A stretch of 32,000 nucleotides of DNA from Candidatus Saccharimonadota bacterium (GTDB taxonomy: Bacteria > Patescibacteriota > Saccharimonadia > Saccharimonadales > UBA4665): positions 510,001-542,000 of the forward strand of contig CP064992.1 of assembly GCA_016699935.1 (NCBI GenBank). The letters run 5' to 3'. The notes under the pieces were generated by a model. That model was given only the letters and a program-made list of their open reading frames with translations. It was not told where the DNA came from and did not search any database. The translations under genes were made by a program, and so were the position numbers. Positions 1 through 8,694 of this stretch are shown in pieces. How positions within the stretch are numbered: position 1 is the stretch's first letter; each line of letters starts with the position of its first letter.

Positions 1-281
1 GCAACACGAGTCATGATGTGTTCCAGAGCATTTTCACCCATGAGCAATACGCACTTTTTGATGTCGCCATTGGTTCGTTTGCCGTTGGTTTAACAAAGCC
101 CGACCCAGCGATGTTTGCCATTATGTGCCGCGAACTTGCGGTGGAACCTGAAGCTTGCATTATGGTTGACGATAAACAAGGGCATCTGATGGCGGCCGAA
201 ACTATGGGCATGCGAGGCGTGTTGTACCGGTCGGTCGAGCAGACCATACACGATATCAGAGAAATTATTGCTGATGATTAA
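1..281 (+). CDS. HAD-superfamily hydrolase, C-terminal fragment (5' end outside window)
   Basis: The frame is open from the window edge to TAA 279-281. The tail ..IMVDDKQGHLMAAETMGMRGVLY carries the HAD motif-IV DD. It is paralogous to the next ORF (..FTDDKPDFCDAAGRTGMRSIVY). Confidence 0.6.
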   Translation, partial: NTSHDVFQSIFTHEQYALFDVAIGSFAVGLTKPDPAMFAIMCRELAVEPEACIMVDDKQGHLMAAETMGMRGVLYRSVEQTIHDIREIIADD

Positions 282-858
282 GGCCATTATATTCGACTGT
301 TTTGGTGTTGTGCTCACCGACTCGCTTCAGGAGATGAGAGCCAAGCTTGTCCGCGAGGATCCTGTGGCTGCCCGTGAGGTAAAAGATATCGTTGCCGCGA
401 ACAATAGGGGATGGATACAGCCGCAAGAATCGAATGCAAAGATAGCTGCTATGCTTGGCATGAGTGTTGAGGCGTTTCGAACCCAGGTGCGAGCAGGAGA
501 AGTGCGTAACCAGGAGCTTTTGGACTATGTCTTCGAGCTGAGAGGGAATTATAAAACCGGCATGCTTTCGAACGTGGCTACGGGCAGCTTGGAAAGACGT
601 TTTCCAGATAATGAATTGAGCAAATATTTTGATGAAGTCGTTATATCTGCCGAGATAGGGTTTATAAAACCAGATCCGGAAGCCTACAAAATCGCAGCTG
701 AGCGACTTTGTGTGCTGCCAAGCGAATGTGTATTTACGGACGACAAACCGGATTTTTGCGATGCAGCTGGACGTACTGGCATGAGGTCAATAGTGTATAA
801 AGATTTTGTTCAATTTCGAGGTGACTTGGCAAGGTTATTAGACGACCCTGAAGACTAG
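274..858 (+). CDS. HAD-superfamily hydrolase/phosphatase
   Basis: The track ORF is 268..858, and the ATG at 274 gives MIKAIIFDCFGVVLTD (HAD motif I). Later motifs are GMLSN (motif II), KPDPEAY (motif III Lys) and FTDDK (motif IV). The start overlaps the upstream paralogue's stop. Confidence 0.7.
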   Translation: MIKAIIFDCFGVVLTDSLQEMRAKLVREDPVAAREVKDIVAANNRGWIQPQESNAKIAAMLGMSVEAFRTQVRAGEVRNQELLDYVFELRGNYKTGMLSNVATGSLERRFPDNELSKYFDEVVISAEIGFIKPDPEAYKIAAERLCVLPSECVFTDDKPDFCDAAGRTGMRSIVYKDFVQFRGDLARLLDDPED

Positions 859-1098
859 TTTCTTCTCTGTTGCGGCGTTTTTTTGAATAGCGGGAGCGTT
901 CAGGCGGAGTGTGCCAATGAGGGCAGCGCTACGTGCGGCAACGAGAATTGTACGTTGCTGCATTGTCACCGTGACTTCATGGTCGTAATGTCGGCGAACA
1001 TACTCTTTTATAGCCTGTACCTCGGAAGGGACATCAAAATCTCTCGCGCTCAATATATCTGCAAGATCGTCCATGGACGTATAAGTATCGATTATCAA
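838..1098 (-). CDS. small DUF721/DciA-like protein
   Basis: The 86-aa ORF has a TTG start, with an alternative ATG at 1074. The C-terminal pattern ..TILVAARSAALIGTLRLNAPAIQKNAATEKKLVFRV matches my recollection of DUF721 (..L.V.v.ssawa.eLr...p.i...N....v..i.frv). The call rests on motif recognition only. Confidence 0.4.
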   Translation of the reverse strand: MIIDTYTSMDDLADILSARDFDVPSEVQAIKEYVRRHYDHEVTVTMQQRTILVAARSAALIGTLRLNAPAIQKNAATEKKLVFRVV

Positions 1099-1131
1099 GC
1101 ATGAAATATCAAGTCCGGCTCACCCATTACC

Positions 1132-1177
1132 CTCTATTCCAATAACCAAGACGTACGTCTTGGTTATTGGAATAGAG
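1132..1177. repeat. 46-bp perfect palindrome in the divergent intergenic region (candidate operator or cruciform)
   Basis: The left arm ctctattccaataaccaagacgt is the exact reverse complement of the right arm acgtcttggttattggaatagag, verified base by base. It lies between the minus-strand start at 1098 and the mutM ATG at 1205. Confidence 0.9.
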
Positions 1178-1204
1178 AAAGAGGGGGTGGTGTACAATGG
1201 GAGG

Positions 1205-2081
1205 ATGCCGGAGCTGCCTGAGGTAGAGACGATACGAAGGGGTCTATCGACACTCGTAGTCGGGAAGACGGTTTGTGGTGTCCATAATTATGATAGTCCA
1301 AAGAGTTTTCCGAATGCACCCGAAGAAGTCTGGAAGTTTGTTGTTGGCTCACGCTTTTGCGCAGTTAAACGACGCGCGAAGGTGCTGCTCGTAGAGCTCT
1401 CAAGCGGATATACGCTCGTTGTTCACCTGAAAATGACCGGGCAAATAATCGTTATTTCTGATCATGAACGTTGGGGAGCAGGGCATCCGAACGATAGCTT
1501 TGTGCGGGAGCTTCCAGACAGTACGACTCGTGAACGCATTGACTTTAGCGATGGCACGCGACTGTATTTCAACGACCTCCGCAAGTTTGGTTGATGAAAC
1601 TGTACCCAACTGTCGAAGTGCCGAATATCAACTTTATGCGTACAGTTGGCCCAGAGCCACTTGAGGATGCGTTTACCGGTGCTGTTTTGTATGAACGTCT
1701 GCAGCGGCGTAAGAACACATCCATTAAAGCAGCAATTCTCGATCAGACTGTTTTGGCGGGAGTTGGTAATATTTACGCCGATGAATCACTATGGGCAGCG
1801 CGCATTCATCCTGCAACCTTGGTGAAAAATCTACTAGCATCTGACATCAAACGTCTGACATCTGAAATAAAAGCAGTTATGCTTTTGTCGATCGAAAAGG
1901 GCGGCAGCACCGATAAAAACTATGTGAATGCCGAAGGAAAAAGGGGAGCTATCTATCATTTGCAAAAGTGTTTCGGCGCGAGGGTGAACCCTGCCCGCAC
2001 TGCGGCACCGCTATCATCAAAACCCGCGTCGCCGGCCGCGGCACCCATGTTTGTGAAGAGTGCCAGATAATTGACAATTAA
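1205..2081 (+). CDS. mutM: formamidopyrimidine-DNA glycosylase (Fpg/MutM), two frame changes in this assembly
   Basis: The N-terminus is MPELPEVETIRRGL, the catalytic Pro2/Glu3 motif. The H2TH region is ILDQTVLAGVGNIYADESLWAARIHP. The zinc finger CPHCGTAIIKTRVAGRGTHVCEECQ is readable only after a second shift near 1950-1975, and the first shift is near 1590. Confidence 0.9.
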
Positions 2082-2133
2082 GCACAAGCATGCTAATATG
2101 TGTTCATTATAACTAACCTTAAATACAAATCAT

Positions 2134-4220
2134 ATGTCAGAAAAACCAAATCCAATTCCACTCTCGCTTCGTGCTGTTGCAGCTGTTGCTAGCCTGGGAA
2201 TACTATTTAGTGGTTGTTCAGAATCCAATTCTGACGTCTCGGCGTCTGGTACTCGGCCACAAGATGGGGTGGTTGCTGTTGTGGATGGTGCGGCTGCACT
2301 AACAGATACTCTAGCGAACCAGATTGCGTTGCTACAGGCAGCAAGAATAGAAGCACTTAAGCCGGAAGCAAGACTTGACGAAGTGGAGCAAAGAGCTAGA
2401 GCTTTGCCCTTGGGTGCATCTGCGCTGCAAACGACCATACAGTTCCGTCGTGCAGAACAGATTATGCCAATACCTGGGTCTACAACGGGTAAAAATGCGG
2501 TTACGCCAGAAAAATACCAAAAAGCAGTTAACCAGATTGCCGACCCAAAGGCTCGGAAGACGTATCAGGACGTCTTCAAGAGCGGCATACTCAAAGAAGT
2601 ACTGAACGGTGTTCGATTTAACGACATGGAACAGGATGAAGCACGCGGCTTACTAGATGTGGTTGAACCTGGTCTATCAGCAAAGTACTCCGATACACTT
2701 GATGAGCTAGACGTTTCCACTGCGGTTATAAAGGGCTACTTCGACCCAAAGACGATATTGGGGGATATTGGTGATGTTCGCAATACGGATCTGAAGCAAA
2801 AAGCCACGTTATACGCAAATACACCACCCTCATCTAGAAATAGTTGAAATACTACAGTGAACTAACGAAAATAGGTTTTGGTGCTAGAAAAATAGCCGAC
2901 GAGGCAAGTAATTCGTACTACACCGGAGCTTCCGATGAGGAGCAGCGCATAAAATCAGGGGCTTTGGTCGATGTAGCTGTACGCGAAGCCATCGTGCAAC
3001 ATAATAGCAACATTACCCCCTTACCGAGGTAACACTGGCGAGTCTGAAAGACCCGGCTCGGAACATTTCGCTAACAGGCGTTAAGGGGCCTAAGCAGTAC
3101 TACCCACTCAGGAAGGCACCTTCGAAACACCTCAACCAGTTCGCTGAGGTGTTTGTAAAAGATGGTAAGGTTTTTCTTCAGTTTGAAGAAGGAAGCAATG
3201 TTAGTGCTGAATCTGTAGCTCAAATTCAAAAAATTGTAGGCGATGTCACTCCACTCATGACTAATGCGTTTGCCGCAGGTGATTTGCTTAGCATACGTTT
3301 TATCATTGGAAATGAGTACAATCCGTACTTTGTTGGTCTAGAGAAAGAAGTACATATGCTGCTCGCAGACAATGACCCATTGAGTGAGGAACAATTGCGT
3401 CAGGGATTGGTGCATGAAGTTACTCATGCCATGGTGGACGCTGCTTTCAGGAAACTGCAATCAGTAAGGAAGACGCTGGTTTGGTCAAAATGCCTGCAGG
3501 CTGTTGTCTGACGAAACATATAAGCAGTATCAGGAGGCGTTGCATCTCGATATTGACGCGTTACAGCGGCTGATTGATAAATCTGACGGTGATGCAAAAG
3601 CTGTTTTCTTAAAGCTTAAGGAACTTGTGGACAGCAATGCACTCACAACTATAACGGGTGACTATCTAGCGATTGGCTTTATTGGAACAGAGAGAGACAT
3701 TAAGTGGACAGACTGTAACGATGCGAATTTCGCTGATTTGTTAGTTAAGATTGATATGAGGCAAAAGTCAAAGACCCTATCGAAACATTCAAACAAATAA
3801 AACAATCGTTTGGTGGCACACTACCGCAAAGCTCAAGCACGGCATCCGCAAGTTCAACTGCATCTTCCGAAGGAGATAAATATGATGCGGATTACGACAA
3901 GCTACTTGGGGAGTGGGTGAAAGTTATTCTTAAGCGTTCTCTCTTCAAGCGGCTAAACGAGTCTTCATTTACTCGTACTGGCTCTTGGACAAAGTATCTC
4001 GGACACACGCGATAACGCCCATGAACTTATGGCTACTGTTGTAGATGTGTCACTCAGCAATCCGAAAGAACTCGTTGCATTGATAAGGGCGCTTAGGGCA
4101 GATGGACGTAAAGCAGTTATCACGGCAATTGATGCCAGTTACAACATCTTTACCAAGATGCATCCTAATATTGCCCCCAATCTCACTACCTGGAAAAAAC
4201 AGTTTACAAATGTAGGATAA
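2134..4220 (+). pseudogene. large predicted lipoprotein with an HExxH metalloprotease-like motif, fragmented by at least 6 frame changes
   Basis: A signal peptide and lipobox are present (..SLGILFSGC|SES). ORF fragments 2134-2847, 2844-3032, 3008-3511, 3504-3800, an unlisted open frame about 3800-4015, and 4029-4220 abut or overlap and read on sensibly across each junction (for example the C5 run at 3016-3020). HEVTH lies at 3413-3427. Confidence 0.5.
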
Positions 4221-4264
4221 ATGATTGCCTGGTTCTTGCTTGCTGGAAATAAGGAAGTAATACC

Positions 4265-4294
4265 TTGACAATGAAGTAATACTTTTTGTATGAT
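4265..4294 (+). promoter_or_regulatory. sigma70-type promoter for vapBC (TTGACA-18-TATGAT)
   Basis: TTGACA lies at 4265-4270 and TATGAT at 4289-4294. Only 7 nt separate the -10 element from the ATG at 4302, so the transcript may be leaderless. Confidence 0.5.
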
Positions 4295-4541
4295 GGTAGG
4301 TATGATGTATTCAAACACACTTACAAGTAAAGGCCAAGTGACCATCCCGAAAGAGTTTCGGGATATGTTGGGTCTGCGGCCGGGGCAGAAGGTGCGGTTT
4401 ACAAAGACTAACCCTACAACTATCTCGATTTCTCGGCCACTCTCGGCGGCGGAGCTGCGCGCCAAGATTGGCCCGCCCAGCGGCAGCCAGCCTTTGACCG
4501 AGAAAGAAAAACAGCGGTTACGAGCAAGAGGCTTGTTGTAG
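4290..4541 (+). CDS. vapB: AbrB/SpoVT-fold antitoxin (VapB-like)
   Basis: The sequence ..TLTSKGQVTIPKEFRDMLGLRPGQKVRF is the classic swapped-hairpin motif. The stop TAG overlaps the GTG start of the PIN gene by 1 nt. The real start is probably the ATG at 4302 or 4305. Confidence 0.8.
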   Translation: MMVGMMYSNTLTSKGQVTIPKEFRDMLGLRPGQKVRFTKTNPTTISISRPLSAAELRAKIGPPSGSQPLTEKEKQRLRARGLL

Positions 4542-4927
4542 TGATTTTGGTAGACGCAAATCATGTCCTGCGATGGTTCTTGCAAGATGTGCCAGCTCAA
4601 GCGGCTCAGGTAGAGCGTTTACTCCAGTCGTCAGCACCAAATTGCTTAGAGCTGACGTCAGTCACTGTTGCCGAGCTGACGTACGTGTTGCGGACAATGG
4701 CATACGACCATGCGCAGATAGCGGGGGTTATGACTGGGTTGTGCTCGTTTGAATCAGTCAGGCAGTTTTCGCCGGTTGATGCTAGGGCGTTGGAGATTTT
4801 TAGCAACACCGTGCTGGATTACGAAGATTGTTTTCTCATAGCCCAAGCCCTGGTGGAAAACGGTGATATTGCTTCATTCGATAAAAAGCTACTCAAAACG
4901 TTTGAAAAGCTACAACTTGCGGAGTAG
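4541..4927 (+). CDS. vapC: PIN-domain toxin (VapC-like ribonuclease)
   Basis: The 128-aa product shows the acidic quartet spacing: D5 (ILVDAN), E in ..TVAELTYVL, D in LDYEDCFL and D in ASFDKKL. It is translationally coupled to the antitoxin. Confidence 0.8.
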   Translation: MILVDANHVLRWFLQDVPAQAAQVERLLQSSAPNCLELTSVTVAELTYVLRTMAYDHAQIAGVMTGLCSFESVRQFSPVDARALEIFSNTVLDYEDCFLIAQALVENGDIASFDKKLLKTFEKLQLAE

Positions 4928-7111
4928 TTGGTGGGCGGCGGAGGGGTTTGGGAGGCGGTAGTTGGCGAGCGTGCGGCCGCGGCCGACTTTGATGGTGTAC
5001 GAGGTGGGTGGAAGTGCGGCGAACATGTCTTCATCGGTGGTATCATCACCGATAGCCAAGATGAAATCGTGGTCGTGGAGGAGCCATTCCTGCGTAATGT
5101 GGCCTTTGCTGACATCAAGATGGTGGACTTCGAGCGCCATGTTACCATCGACAATCCCTAGGTTTTCCGCTTGCGCAATGGGCTTCAGGAGCTTTTTCAG
5201 AATAGTAAGATGTTTCTGGGCATAAAATGGCGATGCATTACGGTAGTGCCAGGCAATGCTCCATTCTTTGCGCTCGACAAAGGCGCCAGGAGTCTGTGCG
5301 GCGTAGTGTTCAAGTAGTTTTGTAACACTTTTTCCCAGGCAAGTGAATGTTGGTTTGTTTTGCGCCACGTTTGTGGTCGTGCAAGCGAATAAAGCCGCCA
5401 TGTTCTGCTACGAGGGTGACAGGAATAGCTCCAAGCCAGTCCATGAGATTTTTTCTATCCCGACCGCTGATGATTGCGACATGGTTGCGCGGGTCTTTCG
5501 CGAGGCGTTTGAGTGCCGCGAGTGTTGCCTGGGACGGCTTGGCGTCTTCTGGGCGCTTTTTGATTGGTTCGAGTGTGCCGTCATAGTCTAGAAGTATCAG
5601 CCGCTTGCGTGCCTGATGATAGTCAGCGATGAGTTCGGCGGATTGTATTTGTCCTAATCCTCTGGTGAGGCGGATTCTTGGGAGTGGAACGGGTGTTTCG
5701 AGTAGATCAATGAAACCAGATGCCCACTTGTCTATGGTGTTGCCACGGAGTATGCGCTGCATTTTGCGTGTGCGGCGGAGAAAGCTACTTGGGGTCATAT
5801 TTAGCGCATCGGTCAGGCCGGTTACGAGACTGCGCAACTTATATGGGTTAACAAGCACTGCGTCTTTTAGTTCTTCGGCGGCGCCGGCGGTTTCACTGAG
5901 GATAAGGATGCCGTCGCTTTTGGGGTGACTGGCCAAATACTCTTTGGCAACGAGGTTCATGCCATCACGAATGGGGGCGATGAATGCGACATCGGCCCGT
6001 TGATACAAGGCGGCATACTGAGCAAAAGGCAGCGGGGAAAAGATGGTTTCGACGGGCTGCCAGCGACTCGTGCCGAACTGGGAGTTAATCTGTTGAACAA
6101 GCTTTTCGACATCAATCCGGAGTTGCTGGTAGGTTGCAACTTCTGTTCGTGACGGCATTGCCTGCATGACCATGACGACCTTGCTGCGAAGGTTTGGATT
6201 TTCGGCGAGAAGCATGCGGTACGCTTTTAGTCGGCCTAGGAGTCCTTTGGATGGGTCAAGGCGGTCGATGGTAAGAATGACTTTTTTGCCGAAGTATTTC
6301 CACTGCAACTTTTTGTGTTCAATATTTACTTCGAGCGAACGGCTCGCATCGGCAAATTTTCGATAATCTATACCTATCGGCAAGTCGGTCACACGGACGA
6401 CGCGTTCAGGTAGTATGACTTTTCGGGGTGCCACGAGCCCAATCTGTAGTTCTCGACAGCTAGCAAGAAAGTTTTCTACGTACGCAGACGTGTGCATGCC
6501 AATGAGGTTTGCCCCGAGGAGGCCTTTTGTGAGCTCGGTAGCATGCTTTGAGTCAAGAAATATTGCGCTCGAGGGGAAAGGGATGTGGAGGAAGAAACCT
6601 ACGTGGCTTTTGGGGCGGGCGACACGGAGCATTTCGGGTAATAGCATGAGCTGGTAGTCGTGTAGCCAAAGTCGGTCGTTCTCACGGCTGAGTGTCAGTG
6701 TAGTATCGGCGTATAGTTTATTTACCTCTTTGTAGGTGCGCCAATTTGTCGCCGAATCTCCGGTGTCGATTTTCATATGGTGAAATAGTGGCCATAGCAC
6801 ACTGTTGCTGTAGCCATTGTAGAAGCCGTCGAGCTGTTTTTGGGTTAGGAATACGGGGTAGCAGTGATTTTTTTAAGTTCGGCTGTGATGTGTTTGCGCT
6901 CAATGTCACTTAGATCGTCGCTGGCGATACCCGGCCAGCCGATCCAGCGATTTGCGCCATTTGTTGCGTATGAAGACAAACCAGTCGCTAGCCCTCCGGC
7001 CGAAGGGTAGTATTCGAGCTTGCCATCCACCTTCTTTACACTCACTGGCAGCCGGTTTGAAACAATCACAACTCTCGGCATGTGAGTATAGTATCTCACA
7101 ACTTCGGCCAC
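4910..7111 (-). CDS. otsA: bifunctional trehalose-6-phosphate synthase / trehalose-phosphatase (OtsA-OtsB fusion), two frame changes
   Basis: The GT20 N-terminus reads MPRVVIVSNRLPV..GGLATGL and ..LWPLFHH..WLHDYQLMLLP. The HAD phosphatase C-terminus reads LILLDYDGTL..IISGR..AIGDDTTDEDMF. The fragments 6845-7111, 5310-6800 and 4910-5401 join across the T7 run at 6868-6874 and a shift near 5320-5330. Confidence 0.85.
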
Positions 7112-7151
7112 AGACTGTAATCACTCTCGATAAACGGGTATACTGTACCTG

Positions 7152-8080
7152 ATGATTACGACGCTGGCGGGGGAAAATGAGGTGGAGCGGCAGGCGGAGC
7201 TGCGGCGTGTCGTTGCTGTGTTTGAAAAAGAGTATAGCGATATGGGTGTGGAAAGGCTGGATGGTGAAGAGGCGTCATATGAGCGGATGGTAGCAGCGGG
7301 GCAGAGTTTGCCCTTTTTGGTACCCCGAAAGCTTGTTGTACTACGAGCGCCGGGAGCGAACAAAGAGTTCGTGGAGAAGTTCGAGGAGTTCATGTTGTCG
7401 GTTTCTGATACGAACGATGTCATTATCATTGAGCCAAAGTTAGACAAGCGCCTGAGTTACTACAAAACAACTAAAAAACAAACGGATTTCAAAGAGTTTG
7501 CGGTGCTAGATGCCAGTGGATTAGCGCGTTTTGCTACTGACTACGTCAAAGAGCTGGGTGGCAGTATTTCGAGCAATGATGCGCGGTTGCTTGTGGAACG
7601 CGTTGGGACGAATCAGCTTGGCTTGCAGCAGGAGCTCGATAAGTTGCTCGCTAATGAACTAATAATTACGCGGGAGTCCATAGAAAATCTGACCGAACAA
7701 ACACCCCAAAGTAATGTATTTGAGTTACTCGATGCCGCCTTTGCCGGTGACACCAAGCGTACCATGCGCCTCTACGACGAACAGCGGGCGCTGAAGGTCG
7801 AGCCACAGCAGGTTATCGCCATGCTCGCCTGGCAGCTCCATGTACTGGCGGTCGTGAAAACAGCAAAAGAACGGAGCGCCGACGACATCGCGCGGGAGGC
7901 GAAGCTAAACCCGTTTGTAGTTCGGAAGACGCAGAGCCTGGCGCGACACATTAGTCTCACTCGGCTCAAGCAACTTATTACCTCCTCCGTGAGTTTGATG
8001 TACGCACGAAGACCGAGAGCATCATCCCCGACGAAGCCGTCCGCTACTATTTGCTCGAACTTGCATCAGTTCATTCATAA
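7152..8080 (+). CDS. holA: DNA polymerase III delta subunit (HolA), one frame change near 7985
   Basis: The length and pattern fit (..GQSLPFLVPRKLVVLR.., ..NVFELLDAAFAGDTKRTMRLYDE..). After the shift the reading is ..LRELDVRTKTESIIPDEAVRYYLLELASVHS, ending at TAA 8078-8080. The listed 345-aa tail is out of frame. Confidence 0.75.
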
Positions 8081-8101
8081 AAACCGCCGCCCGTGGGCGG
8101 C
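8079..8101 (-). terminator. intrinsic terminator for rpsT
   Basis: The stem GCCGCC/GGCGGC lies at 8086-8091 and 8096-8101 with loop CGTG. On the minus strand it is followed by a T5 run (plus-strand A5 at 8079-8083). It sits about 15 nt beyond the extended rpsT stop at 8115. Confidence 0.6.
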
Positions 8102-8114
8102 TATACTGACTTAC

Positions 8115-8521
8115 CTATACTTTCGAGGGACTACTTTTCGCTGGAGCAGCTTTTTCACGACTGGTTTCTTGGCCGGAGCGGCCTTTTGACGGCCGGTTTC
8201 TTGACAACTGGTTTTTTAACAGGGGTGGCTTTCGCTTTGTCACTTTTGAGGCCTGCGGGTACACCGGCGGATTTGGCATTGCGTGCGGCCTGAGCTTTCT
8301 TGCGGGCAACTTTGTTTTATGCATGATGCCTTTTTGGCGGCTTTATCGAGCTCGCTTTGGACTTTATCGAGCGCCTTGACAGCTTTCTTTTTGTCGGTAG
8401 CGGTAAGGGCTTTACCGAAAGATTTTACGGCGGCTTTTAGGCTGCGCTTGGTTTTGCTATTACGAATGGTTGCTTTGGTAGCTACTTTTACACGTTTTTT
8501 AGCTGATTTGATGATGGGCAT
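8115..8521 (-). CDS. rpsT: 30S ribosomal protein S20 with a Lys/Ala/Pro-rich C-terminal extension, at least two frame changes
   Basis: The N-terminus MPIIKSAKKRVKVATKATIRNSKTKRSLK.. is canonical S20. After ..DKAAKK the S20 continuation (I)MHKTKLPARK / VARKKAQAARNAK.. and then KPVVKKPAVK..AAPAK.. is found in the other two frames, down to TAG at 8115. Confidence 0.8.
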
Positions 8522-8562
8522 ACAGTTCCTTTTACTCTAGAGTTAGTATTTGCTCGGAGTTA

Positions 8563-8590
8563 ACTATAACCCATACCATCTCTGTTGTAA
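8563..8590 (-). promoter_or_regulatory. candidate rpsT promoter (TTACAA-16-TATAGT on the minus strand)
   Basis: Plus-strand actata at 8563-8568 is the -10 element and ttgtaa at 8585-8590 is the -35 element. It lies about 40 nt upstream of the rpsT ATG, and an AAAGGAA Shine-Dalgarno lies between them. Confidence 0.4.
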
Positions 8591-8694
8591 AGGCGTAGAG
8601 ACGACCTTTCGTCAAAAAGTGATAAAAACACTCGACAGGTATTTACGCTGATGGTACCCTTTATAAGGACTTTCTAAATCCAAATAAAAACACC

